Positions 19,698-28,938 of a stretch of DNA of 64,000 bases are shown piece after piece. This DNA is from a candidate division WOR-3 bacterium (lineage in GTDB: Bacteria > Hydrothermota > Tepidihabitantia > Tepidihabitantales > Tepidihabitantaceae), in NCBI GenBank assembly GCA_965649205.1, contig CBFGJV010000004.1, forward strand, positions 1 through 64,000. Direction: 5' to 3'. Position numbers and translations under genes: made by a program. The notes beneath the pieces were generated by a model. It was not told where the DNA came from. It did not search any database and saw only the letters and a list, made by a program, of their open reading frames with translations. Each line of letters begins with the position of its first letter. The first letter of the stretch is position 1.

Positions 19698-19722
19698 CCA
19701 CTGGGGGAGTCGTTCCCCCCTC
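19698..19722. repeat. dispersed intergenic hairpin element, copy 1
   Basis: CCACTGGGGGAGTCGTTCCCCCCTC, identical to 54796-54820. Confidence 0.8.
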
Positions 19723-19903
19723 CACCGGGCAGCTGGCAGCTCGACTTCGTCTAACTTGCCTCCATACTGGAAGTTAGTATTTGCCCTAATCCGTTCAACC
19801 ATATCCCCTCCCTACCATTATCCGCGCTAACTCTGGTAACAATCTTCTTTCTGGTCTCACAGATATTTGACTTGGCTCTTATGCTCGCTAATATTCGCAT
19901 CTA

Positions 19904-21691
19904 ATGCTGGCAAATCTACGTAAACGCACTAGAACCATAATGTTTATCGTGGCGCTGGGCTTTATTGGCGGCTTTCTGCTCGGCGGCACGCTCTGTCAGG
20001 TAATAAGCCATCGCCCATCCGGAAAAGCAAGGGACATGGCCGAACGAGGCATCGTAGGAGAGGTGGATGGGCAGAAAATTACCCAGGAACAATATCGCGC
20101 CGCTCTCGCTTATACCACGGAACGCTATAAAAATGAAAACCAGTTGCGCGATCTAACCAACGAAGACTACGCCACAATAGAACAAATGTCGTGGGAACGT
20201 CTGGTCTCTGACTTTACCTGGTCCAAGCTGCTGCAGAAAACCCGGGTGAAAACCACCGAACAGGAAATCATCGAGATTATGAAGGCAAATCCGCCAGAAG
20301 AACTGCGCAATAATCCCCAGCTTCTTGACGATTCCGGTCGCTTTGACCGCGAGAAATACTTGGCAGTGATGAACAACCCGCAGAACCGGGCCTATTTTAC
20401 CCGCTATTTCCGCGACTTGGCAGAAATGCTGCCAAAAGAAAAACTTCGTCTTGACATAATGAACAGCTACCGGGTTACCGGTGCAGAGATAGAAAATGCC
20501 CTGCGCGCTCAAAACACCGTGTGGCATATCACTTCTTTGTATTTCGGGCCCCGCCTTGTCAAAGAAGAATACCAGCCCACTGACGCAGAAATCGAAAAGT
20601 ATTATCGTTCCCACCCCGACGAGTTCAAAACCAAGGAAGTCAGAGAACTCCGCTATGTGCGCTTCCCCTTCCTGGTCACCGCCGAAGATTCTGCTAATGC
20701 GCAGCAGCAGATTCAGAAAGCTTATCAGCAGCTCCGCGGAGGCGAGTCTTTCAATCTCACCATGCTGGACTTCAGTAACCTTGCAGCCGACACCACTCCT
20801 CGTCCCATTCCTCGCAGCCGACTGGACGCCAGAACTGACAGTGTTATACGCCTACTCAAACCCGGTCAATACTCTGAGCCCTACTTGGCTGACTATGGCT
20901 GGCAGATAGTAATGCTGGACAGCATCAGTAAGGAATCGGTAGCCTTGCGTCGCATACTGGTACGCATAGGAATGGGAGCCGATGCCGTTGCCTCCACCAG
21001 AGACAAAGTACGAGACTTCATAGAACAGACCAAACTGGTGCCTTTTGACACAGCAGCCACACGTGCCGGTCTCACGGTACTTCGCGCCCGACCCATAGTA
21101 GACCGTAAACCTAACCTGGCTGGTCTGGATATTTCTTCGCCGAGCCAGCTGCTGGACTGGGCCCTTTCCGCCAAGGAAGGCACGGTAATGCCGGAACCAG
21201 TCCGCGGCACGTATGGTTATTATGTTTTTGAGCTATATAAGGTGAAACCGGCCGGCATCCAGAAACTGGAAGAAGCAAAAGAAATCATCAGATGGAAACT
21301 GCGCCAGAATCGAGAAAAAGAAGTGTGGACCGAAAAAACTCGGGAAGCACTCTCTCAAATCAAGTCTGGCAGAACTCTGGAACAGCTGGCAGAAGCAAAC
21401 CCTGATATAGAATTGAAAAGCGAACGTTTTGCCGGCATAACTGATGCCCGACGCCGCAAAGGTGCAGAATTTGCCGGCGCCCTCCTCGCCCTTAACCCGG
21501 GCCAGCATTCTGGAGTAGTAGAAACAAACTGGGGTGCCTTTATTATCCGTTGCGACAGTCTGCAGGAGACACCGGTTCTGGCCCGTGATCAGTATTATCA
21601 GCAACGCATACAGCAGGTAGGACAGGAGCTTTTCCAGGAATTCCTGGAAAAGCCCGAAGTAAAGGATTACCGGGACCCGTTCTCCTACTGA
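19904..21691 (+). CDS. SurA N-terminal domain / PpiD-like periplasmic chaperone
   Basis: MLANLRK plus TM anchor; VGEVDGQKIT; rotamase-like LKPGQYSEP..YGWQIV and GVVETNWGAFII. Confidence 0.8.
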   Translation: MLANLRKRTRTIMFIVALGFIGGFLLGGTLCQVISHRPSGKARDMAERGIVGEVDGQKITQEQYRAALAYTTERYKNENQLRDLTNEDYATIEQMSWERLVSDFTWSKLLQKTRVKTTEQEIIEIMKANPPEELRNNPQLLDDSGRFDREKYLAVMNNPQNRAYFTRYFRDLAEMLPKEKLRLDIMNSYRVTGAEIENALRAQNTVWHITSLYFGPRLVKEEYQPTDAEIEKYYRSHPDEFKTKEVRELRYVRFPFLVTAEDSANAQQQIQKAYQQLRGGESFNLTMLDFSNLAADTTPRPIPRSRLDARTDSVIRLLKPGQYSEPYLADYGWQIVMLDSISKESVALRRILVRIGMGADAVASTRDKVRDFIEQTKLVPFDTAATRAGLTVLRARPIVDRKPNLAGLDISSPSQLLDWALSAKEGTVMPEPVRGTYGYYVFELYKVKPAGIQKLEEAKEIIRWKLRQNREKEVWTEKTREALSQIKSGRTLEQLAEANPDIELKSERFAGITDARRRKGAEFAGALLALNPGQHSGVVETNWGAFIIRCDSLQETPVLARDQYYQQRIQQVGQELFQEFLEKPEVKDYRDPFSY

Positions 21692-21817
21692 CGGTGGGCG
21701 CCTATCACCCGGCAGATTTCAGACTCTGCCCCTTTTCTGTTTGGGAAATTTGCCAGCGCTGTTATAACCCAGCCTTTGACATTTCCGCGCCTTTGCATAG
21801 ACTATGGCTCGGAAGAG

Positions 21818-21890
21818 GGCCCCATCGTCTAGCGGTTTAGGACATCACTCTTTCAAGGTGAAGACACGGGTTCGACTCCCGTTGGGGCCG
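21818..21890 (+). tRNA. tRNA-Glu (TTC)
   Basis: Acceptor GGCCCCA/TGGGGCC, anticodon loop CTTTCAA, GTTCGAC T-loop; TTGACA-16-TAGACT promoter upstream; CCA not encoded. Confidence 0.95.
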
Positions 21891-21915
21891 GTGCAAAAGG
21901 AGGAAGGAAAGAATT

Positions 21916-21988
21916 GCGGGAGTAGCTCAGTTGGTAGAGCACTACCTTGCCAAGGTAGGGGTCGCGGGTTCGAATCCCGTCTCCCGCT
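21916..21988 (+). tRNA. tRNA-Gly (GCC)
   Basis: Acceptor GCGGGAG/CTCCCGC, anticodon arm CTACC-TTGCCAA-GGTAG, GTTCGAA T-loop. Confidence 0.97.
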
Positions 21989-22013
21989 TTTACCACAAGG
22001 AATACAGTTTCTG

Positions 22014-22085
22014 GGCGGCGTAGCCAAGTAGTAAGGCAGCGGTCTGCAAAATCGCAATGCTCGGGTGCAAATCCCGACGCCGCCT
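22014..22085 (+). tRNA. tRNA-Cys (GCA)
   Basis: Acceptor GGCGGCG/CGCCGCC, U discriminator, anticodon loop CTGCAAA; atypical T-loop TGCAAAT. Confidence 0.88.
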
Positions 22086-22191
22086 CTCTTACGCAGACTG
22101 CTTTAGCCTTTTAGAAACCCGCAGAAGCAGACAAGCCCTGCTGCTGCCCTGGCCCTGTATTCCGCAGTCTGTTTTTTGTATACTTTGCTCA

Positions 22192-22277
22192 GCCGGGGTG
22201 GCGGAATAGGCAGACGCTAGGGACTTAAAATCCCTTGGCCCCTTCGGGCCGTGCCGGTTCGATTCCGGCCCTCGGCA
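22192..22277 (+). tRNA. tRNA-Leu (TAA)
   Basis: Acceptor GCCGGGG/CCTCGGC, anticodon loop CTTAAAA, long variable arm, GTTCGAT T-loop. Confidence 0.95.
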
Positions 22278-22331
22278 CTTGACAGGAAAAGAAGACGCAA
22301 TAGTCTCTGGCCGCCGGCTCAGAGCACAAAA

Positions 22332-22404
22332 GGGCCCTTAGCTCAGTAGGCAGAGCACCTGATTTTTAATCCGGTGGTCGCAGGTTCGAATCCTGCAGGG
22401 CCCA
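22332..22404 (+). tRNA. tRNA-Lys (TTT)
   Basis: Acceptor GGGCCCT/AGGGCCC, anticodon loop TTTTTAA, GTTCGAA T-loop. Confidence 0.92.
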
Positions 22405-22454
22405 TCCCGATGCGAATCGCTCTGGCACCGATGGACGCTGCCAAGACCAGGAGC

Positions 22455-25400
22455 CTAACCCAGTTTCGCGCAAGGCTGCTTACGCTCAGAAATAGCTCTG
22501 GCGACCACTAAGACCGCCGGTCGGCCCTGCCATACTATACGGGAACTAGCCACTTCCACCCATATCGGCGTGCCGTCGCGACGCAAAAAGAGCTCTTCGA
22601 AAAGTGGAACCGAAACCCCTGTTTCCATTGTCTGCTTTATACGTTCCACCACCACATTGCGAAAATCCGGATGCACCACTTCCAGTACCGGCTTACCCAG
22701 CAGTTCCCCAGGCTTTTCGTATCCCAGCATTCTAAGACCAGCCGGATTCACCAACACGATCTTACCGTCCTGATGTACGGCTATGCCGTCGGGAGAAAGC
22801 TCAAACAACAGACGATACCTTTCCTCAGCCTCCTGCAGCATCCGGTTTCTCTGTATTCTTTCAGTCTCATCCCTTACGCTGACCAGTATTGCCGGCCGCC
22901 CCTGCCAGGATATACATGCGTCGTTACCGCTCACCCACACTGCCGTTCCATCCCGACGAAGCATACGCAATTCCAATAACGCAAACCTCTCCCCGGCCAG
23001 CACCCGCTTGATTCTTTCTTCTATTCTCGCCCTGTCATCCGGGTGCACCAACTCCAAAGCCGGCTTTCCCACCAGTTCTTCCGGGTTATTGTACCCCAGG
23101 AGTCTAGCTCCAGCCCAATTGACGGCAACCATCTTCCCGTCCTGATGCAACCCTACCCCGTCCGGCGTAAGCTCAAACAAAGTACGGAACAGACTTTCCA
23201 TCTGCCTTTGAGCTTTTTCCGCCTCTCGCAAAGGCGACAAATCCCGTACGAAAACAATACCTGCGGTCTGTCCTCTCCAGCTTGCTCTGGTCACCGACAA
23301 CTCAATAGGAAACTGCACCCCGTCGCTCCTCACCCCCACAGTCTCATAACGATTGGGCAACAATTCTCCTGACAGACGTTTTTTGGCCCGCTCCCTGTGC
23401 TGCGCTCTGTCTTCTGGTCGCGCTGTATCGTTGAAGGTTATCTGCTGCATCTGTTCCACAGTATAACCAAACATTTCTGCCATACGCTTATTTACATACA
23501 AAAACCGCTCATCTGCTCCATAGACAGCGATACCGTCAAAGGCATTCTCTGCCAGCGAACGAAAACTCTCTTCGCTTTCTCGCAACCTTTTCTCCGCCAG
23601 CTTGCTTTCTGTAATATCTCTTATCATGGTCATCACCCGTACCACCTGACTGCCAGAAAAGATAGGAAGTTTTCTCGTCTCTGTAATCCGCACTTCACCC
23701 GCCACCACTGTGTCTTCTTGAGTGAACACGCGCTCCCCGGTAGAAAATACCCTTTCGTATTCCTCTCGCACCTTTTCAGAAAGAAAAGGAAAAGCCTCAA
23801 AAACAGTTTTTCCTTCCAGTCTCGGGTCTATGCCATGTTTTGCCCCCAATTCCTTCAACGCCCGGTTAGCCAGTATTATTCTCAGATCTTTGTCCACCAC
23901 ATGCACTGACGTCCACATGGCATCGAGCGCTTCCCGGTAAAGCTGCTCTGAAGCCCGCAATGCTTCCTCGGCATGTATGCGGCTAGTAATATCGGTAATG
24001 AATCCCTCAAAAGCCACCAGCCTGCCTTCTTGGTCATACACTCCGCGGCCCTGCTCCCAGACCCATTTTTCCCCTTTCTTCGTCCGTAACCGATAAACCA
24101 GTTGAAAAGGTAAGTGTGACTCCAAAGACGCCTTTATTTCCGCCTCAGCCAGACACCGGTCCAAGGGGTGTATCATAAGACTGAAAGTAGGGTTATCTTT
24201 GCCTGTCAATTCTTCTGGTTGCAAGCCGATCAAATCCACACATCCCTCGCTAACAAACTCCAGAGGCCACCCTTCTTCCCACCTGCACCGGTAAGCCATG
24301 CCCGGCAGATTAGCCAATAGCCGGGCCATGCGCGCATGACTTTCAGCCAGCTCCTGCTCTGCCTGCTTGCGAGCGGTTATATCCCTCATGATTACTAGGT
24401 CAGCAGGTTGATTATGCCAGAACGTACGTGCCGCGGTCAGCTCTATCGGCACCACACGACCGTCTTTTGCCACTATTCTGGTCTCGTATTGCGGCGGGAC
24501 CGGTTTTCCCTGTAACCTCTGCTGATAGCGCAAGCTGATTTGGGGCAGCTCGTCCGGATGCGCGAGTCCCCTCATGCCTATGTCGCCCAATTCCTCTACG
24601 GTATAACCGGTAATCTCTGCGGCCCGCTTATTGGCGTAAACGTGCTTTCCTTCCGGACCTGTAGCGATAAGGATACCATCAAGAGCGTTGTCTGCCAACG
24701 CATGGAAATTTGCCTCCGACTCCCGCAAGGCCCGCTCGGCTGCGATGCGCTCGGTCGCGTCCTGCACCAATACCAGCGCGAGGGTTTGGTCCCCCATCTG
24801 TACCAGCGACCCGCTTACATCCACCGGCACTTCTGTTCCATCTTTCCGCAGATTCACCGCTTCCACTCGAAATTCCCCCTCTTGCAGCAAAAGATTTCTT
24901 ATGTGGGCGAGGAGAGGCTTAGCAGCGGCTGGCACCAGATCAGCAACATGCCTGCCCACAAGCTTTTCCCGGGTGTAACCCAGAAGCTGACAAGCTCCTT
25001 CGTTCATCTCCAGAATCTCTCCCTCCAACGTTTCCAGAAACAACCCGCCCTTCACTGCGGCAAAAATACTCTGCAGCTTTTCTATCGACTCGCGCAGAAG
25101 TCGCTCCTGCGCCAGCCTTTCGGTTACGTCCCGGCCTACAGCATAGTAAAGTCTTCTTCCCTGAAAGACAAGCGGTGTGACGCTAAATTCCAGAAAGGCA
25201 CGGCGTCCGGCCGTTTCCGTTTTCTGCTCTCCGTTTCCGCTCTTGGCTGGAAAACAGAACTCCAGGGTCGCCTGCAACCCAGACTGGTGGCGCAGTCGAC
25301 GAAACAGCCCTTCAGCCTCAGCCTTCTTTTCCCCGGGCACAAACTCCAAAACAGAACGACCCAGTAATTCTTCTACCGGAACGCCGGTAAGCCTAGCCGC

Positions 25401-25964
25401 GGCTGGATTCGCATCAATAATCTGACCGCGACCGTCTACCGCCACCACCACCTCGGAGGTGGTGCGTACCAAAGTCGCATACCTCTCCTCCACAGAACGC
25501 AAAACATCTTCAGCCAGCAATGCAACGGACACATCGCGACCAACGCACTCTATCCCTCCTTCCTTACCCTTCGCCCCCTGGTATACTGTAGCATAGAGAA
25601 AAACAGACAGCTCTCCCCCTGCTTTGCGTCGCAACTTGACTCTACCCGCGAAGCTCTTACCCGCTGCAACCCTGTGCGGATCCAAAGTTTTTCCGAATTT
25701 ACTGCTCGGCGGAACCAGAAAAAAAGCCAAACGCTGTCCCTTTGCTTCTTTGCTGGTAAAACCGGTAAGCTCCGCCGCACTCCTGTTCCAGTAGGTTATT
25801 ATTCCCCGCGCGTCGGTACGGATGATTATATCTTCCACCCTTGTCTTCCGTTCTCTTTTCGCAGCACTTACCTCAAGAGACGCAGAATCATTAGGACCTG
25901 GCCGGTCATTACTAGTCTTCTTTTTCCCGAAGACGTTTGCGCCTTCTCCCTCATGCAGAAGCAT
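22455..25964 (-). CDS. multi-PAS (PAS S-box) protein, nine PAS/PAC repeats, no output domain
   Basis: Nine units of N..A..L.GY...EL.G ... RxDG ... RD(I/V)T; no H-box, HATPase, GGDEF, EAL or HD-GYP motif. Confidence 0.88.
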   Translation of the reverse strand: MLLHEGEGANVFGKKKTSNDRPGPNDSASLEVSAAKRERKTRVEDIIIRTDARGIITYWNRSAAELTGFTSKEAKGQRLAFFLVPPSSKFGKTLDPHRVAAGKSFAGRVKLRRKAGGELSVFLYATVYQGAKGKEGGIECVGRDVSVALLAEDVLRSVEERYATLVRTTSEVVVAVDGRGQIIDANPAAARLTGVPVEELLGRSVLEFVPGEKKAEAEGLFRRLRHQSGLQATLEFCFPAKSGNGEQKTETAGRRAFLEFSVTPLVFQGRRLYYAVGRDVTERLAQERLLRESIEKLQSIFAAVKGGLFLETLEGEILEMNEGACQLLGYTREKLVGRHVADLVPAAAKPLLAHIRNLLLQEGEFRVEAVNLRKDGTEVPVDVSGSLVQMGDQTLALVLVQDATERIAAERALRESEANFHALADNALDGILIATGPEGKHVYANKRAAEITGYTVEELGDIGMRGLAHPDELPQISLRYQQRLQGKPVPPQYETRIVAKDGRVVPIELTAARTFWHNQPADLVIMRDITARKQAEQELAESHARMARLLANLPGMAYRCRWEEGWPLEFVSEGCVDLIGLQPEELTGKDNPTFSLMIHPLDRCLAEAEIKASLESHLPFQLVYRLRTKKGEKWVWEQGRGVYDQEGRLVAFEGFITDITSRIHAEEALRASEQLYREALDAMWTSVHVVDKDLRIILANRALKELGAKHGIDPRLEGKTVFEAFPFLSEKVREEYERVFSTGERVFTQEDTVVAGEVRITETRKLPIFSGSQVVRVMTMIRDITESKLAEKRLRESEESFRSLAENAFDGIAVYGADERFLYVNKRMAEMFGYTVEQMQQITFNDTARPEDRAQHRERAKKRLSGELLPNRYETVGVRSDGVQFPIELSVTRASWRGQTAGIVFVRDLSPLREAEKAQRQMESLFRTLFELTPDGVGLHQDGKMVAVNWAGARLLGYNNPEELVGKPALELVHPDDRARIEERIKRVLAGERFALLELRMLRRDGTAVWVSGNDACISWQGRPAILVSVRDETERIQRNRMLQEAEERYRLLFELSPDGIAVHQDGKIVLVNPAGLRMLGYEKPGELLGKPVLEVVHPDFRNVVVERIKQTMETGVSVPLFEELFLRRDGTPIWVEVASSRIVWQGRPAVLVVARAISERKQPCAKLG

Positions 25965-26077
25965 ACATGACTTCTTCTTGCATTCTAGACCTCACCTGTA
26001 CGGTGTCAAGGACGCCAGACTGCGTCTGTGCCCGTTGACTCAGTCGGCGCTGCTGGCTAGAATGAAGCAGGAGTTAC

Positions 26078-27235
26078 CTGATAGCCGCTAGTAATAATCA
26101 AAAGCCGAACTCGACCGGGTCCGCTCAGCCATCGCCGCCTGCCGATGGCGACAAACCTGTTTCCGCAAAGGTTGCACAGTCCCGGCTGCAGGATTCCGAA
26201 CTTTCCTTAGCGGAAATACCCGACCCCTTAGCTCTACTCGGCCCGCAGGACTGTAACCTGCGTACTTTGTCCGCCCACTACCGTACTACAATAGTAGTGC
26301 GAGAAGGCAGTATCAGACTGTCGGGCCCGGTCGAAGAAAGAGAAGAACTAGTCGAATTGCTTAAGCGCCTGCTGCGCAAGTGTTCCCGGGGAGAAAATAT
26401 CACACCCGAACTCATCGAAGCAGAAATAGAATTTCTCCGCGCGGGTCGCAGGAACGGCAAGCCGGAAGACGAGCTGCAGCCAATTTCTGTACGCACCCCC
26501 CGCAAGACAATCTTCGCCAAATCGGCAAATCAACAAGCCTATCTCCGCGCTATCAACCAGTACGACGTGGTCTTGGCAATTGGTCCGGCTGGCACCGGTA
26601 AAACCTATCTGGCAGTCGCCGCCGCCGTACAGGCGCTTGTAAGTGGTCGAGCGAACCGGATCGTCCTGACTCGACCCGCCGTTGAAGCAGGAGAATCCCT
26701 CGGGTTTTTGCCCGGCACCCTCAAGGACAAAGTCGATCCCTACCTGCGTCCTCTCTACGACGCTCTCTTCGATATGGTGCCGGCCGAACGTATGCGCCGA
26801 CTATTAGAGGAAGAAGTTATAGAAATCGCCCCCCTCGCCTATATGCGGGGCCGCACCCTGTCTGACTCCTATATCATACTGGATGAAGCTCAGAATACGA
26901 CTTCGACGCAGATGCGCATGTTTCTTACCCGCCTCGGCTGGAACTCAAAAGCCATAGTCACAGGAGACGTTACTCAGATAGACCTGTCCCATCCCCACAC
27001 CTCCGGACTGGTGGAAGCAGAAGCTTTCCTGGGACGGGTTCCGGGAATTAGTATCGTCCGTTTCAACGAGGCAGATGTGGTCAGACCTCCTCTGGTATCG
27101 CGCATCATCACCGCCTACGAAATGCGACTCGGCAGACGCCCTTCCTCCCGAGGACAAGCTGAAGCAGAAAATGAAGAAAAAGTATCAGATGCCGGTACGG
27201 AAAATCACGCTGAAGATACGGGTCCTGAACACTAA
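26078..27235 (+). CDS. phoH: PhoH family ATPase (probable non-canonical CTG/ATA start)
   Basis: GPAGTGKT, LTRPAVEAGESLGFLPG, APLAYMRGRTL, LDEAQN, GDVTQIDL; frame open back to 26066; start position uncertain. Confidence 0.9.
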   Translation: MIAASNNQKPNSTGSAQPSPPADGDKPVSAKVAQSRLQDSELSLAEIPDPLALLGPQDCNLRTLSAHYRTTIVVREGSIRLSGPVEEREELVELLKRLLRKCSRGENITPELIEAEIEFLRAGRRNGKPEDELQPISVRTPRKTIFAKSANQQAYLRAINQYDVVLAIGPAGTGKTYLAVAAAVQALVSGRANRIVLTRPAVEAGESLGFLPGTLKDKVDPYLRPLYDALFDMVPAERMRRLLEEEVIEIAPLAYMRGRTLSDSYIILDEAQNTTSTQMRMFLTRLGWNSKAIVTGDVTQIDLSHPHTSGLVEAEAFLGRVPGISIVRFNEADVVRPPLVSRIITAYEMRLGRRPSSRGQAEAENEEKVSDAGTENHAEDTGPEH

Positions 27236-27683
27236 GGACAAGAAGGTATTAGCTGGGGCAAAAACACTCCAACGCCGACTGTGCCGGCAGAGCGACTTCT
27301 TTTCTGTATACCAACCCCCAATTCCTTTTCGTTCTTCTGGCCAAGTCGTGGTAAATACAATACTGGTAAACGATAGCAGCATGCGGGAACTGAATCGTCG
27401 CTATCTCCGTCGCGACCGCCCTACAGACGTATTGTCTTTTCCGCTGCACCATTGCGACGCTGAGACAGGAGAATTCCTGCTGGGAGAAATATACATCGCC
27501 CGCAACCAAGCTCGCCTGCAGGCCAGAAAATACGGAAACACCTACCATCAGGAAATCAACCGTCTCCTGCTGCACGGCCTTCTACACCTCTTCGGCCTTA
27601 CCCACCGGCAAATGGAAAAGTGGTATCCATTATTACTCTCCGGTCCTGTTAAAGAAACCGCTGCAACGACCGCTAGCCGTTAG
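27189..27683 (+). CDS. ybeY: rRNA maturation RNase YbeY
   Basis: MRELNRRY, PTDVLSF, LGEIYI, HGLLHLFGLTH; follows phoH; start uncertain. Confidence 0.88.
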   Translation: MPVRKITLKIRVLNTKDKKVLAGAKTLQRRLCRQSDFFSVYQPPIPFRSSGQVVVNTILVNDSSMRELNRRYLRRDRPTDVLSFPLHHCDAETGEFLLGEIYIARNQARLQARKYGNTYHQEINRLLLHGLLHLFGLTHRQMEKWYPLLLSGPVKETAATTASR

Positions 27684-27686
27684 CGG

Positions 27687-28937
27687 ATGCTCTGGTATAT
27701 ACTGGTTATTGCCCTTCTCCTGCTGTTATCGGCAGCTTTCTCTGGCTCTGAGACTGCTCTATTCTCCCTGACCCAAAGCCACAAGGACCGTCTAAGCGAA
27801 AAACGGCCACAGGTGGCAGACCGGATAACACAGCTGCTTTCTCAACCAGAGCGGCTGCTGGGCAGTCTTCTTCTTTCCAATCTAGTGGTCAACACCACCG
27901 CTTCCGCAATTTTTACTCTGGCTCTGATAGACCAGGCTCGTAAGCACAACATAGACCCCGCAACTTGGTTGGGAGCCGGCGGACTGTTTTTCACCGGTGT
28001 ACTTTTGCTTGGGGGAGAGATTACGCCCAAGGTACTGGCTGCTAACTACCCGGAAACACTCGCAGCCACTCTCTCTTATTTGGTTACCGTCTGTCGCCAG
28101 ATCACCTCTCCGGCTGTGGCCCTATTGAGCAAAGTAACCTCCACGCTCGCACCTCGATCACGCGAAGATAATGCGCTGAACGAAGAAGAACTCCAGACCA
28201 TGATACGGCTCGGCAAAGAAAAGGGAGTTCTTAGCGGCCGCGAAGGAGAAATTCTCTGGAACCTGGTCGGCCTGGAAAACCGCGCTGTGTCTGAGATTAT
28301 GACCCCGCGCATAGATATGGTATGCGTAGAAAAGAATTCCTCCTTGCGTGCAGCAAGAGAACTTTTTCTCCGGTCAGGTTTTTCCCGACTGCCGGTGTAC
28401 GAAGGCACTCCTGATCAGGTTGTAGGCATTCTCTATGCCAAGGAACTACTCACGGCAACAGACGAAAACGCAACGGTATGTTCCATATGCCGTCCAGCTT
28501 ACTTTGTGCCGGAAACTAAGCGCCTGCTTCCTCTTCTAGAAGAGTTGCGCAAGAAAGGTTCCCATATCGCCGTGGTGATAGACCAGTTCGGTCAGACTGC
28601 AGGGTTGGTAACTCTGGAAGATGTACTGGAAGCCATCATAGGAGAGATCGCGGACGAATATGATGTTCCGACTGAAGCTCTTCCTTTTCAGAAACTGGAT
28701 GAAACAAGCTATGTGGTGGACGGGGAAATAGATACAGCCACCTTGAACCGTCTATTCGACGGAGCCTTCCGGGAACTAAGACATAAACGGCTGGCCGCCT
28801 TTATCTCTGAAAAACTCGGTCGTCTGGCCCAGACCGGAGACGTGGTCCGTCATCAAGAACTGGAACTGATTGTTCTGGAAGTGGCAGGCAATCGCCTAGA
28901 AAAGGTTCTCATCCGTAAAGTCATCAGGAAAGAATAG
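27687..28937 (+). CDS. CNNM/CBS/CorC-domain (hemolysin family) membrane protein
   Basis: FSGSETALFSL, GEITPK, IMTPRIDM, FSRLPVY, GLVTLEDVLEAIIGEIADEYD. Confidence 0.9.
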   Translation: MLWYILVIALLLLLSAAFSGSETALFSLTQSHKDRLSEKRPQVADRITQLLSQPERLLGSLLLSNLVVNTTASAIFTLALIDQARKHNIDPATWLGAGGLFFTGVLLLGGEITPKVLAANYPETLAATLSYLVTVCRQITSPAVALLSKVTSTLAPRSREDNALNEEELQTMIRLGKEKGVLSGREGEILWNLVGLENRAVSEIMTPRIDMVCVEKNSSLRAARELFLRSGFSRLPVYEGTPDQVVGILYAKELLTATDENATVCSICRPAYFVPETKRLLPLLEELRKKGSHIAVVIDQFGQTAGLVTLEDVLEAIIGEIADEYDVPTEALPFQKLDETSYVVDGEIDTATLNRLFDGAFRELRHKRLAAFISEKLGRLAQTGDVVRHQELELIVLEVAGNRLEKVLIRKVIRKE

Positions 28938-28938
28938 C

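Noticed and set aside
21804..22057. Short ORFs on both strands over the tRNA cluster
   Set aside because: They are translations of tRNA genes.
22404..22455. Genomic island integrated at tRNA-Lys or tRNA-Leu
   Set aside because: I found no integrase and no duplicated tRNA 3' end in the window.
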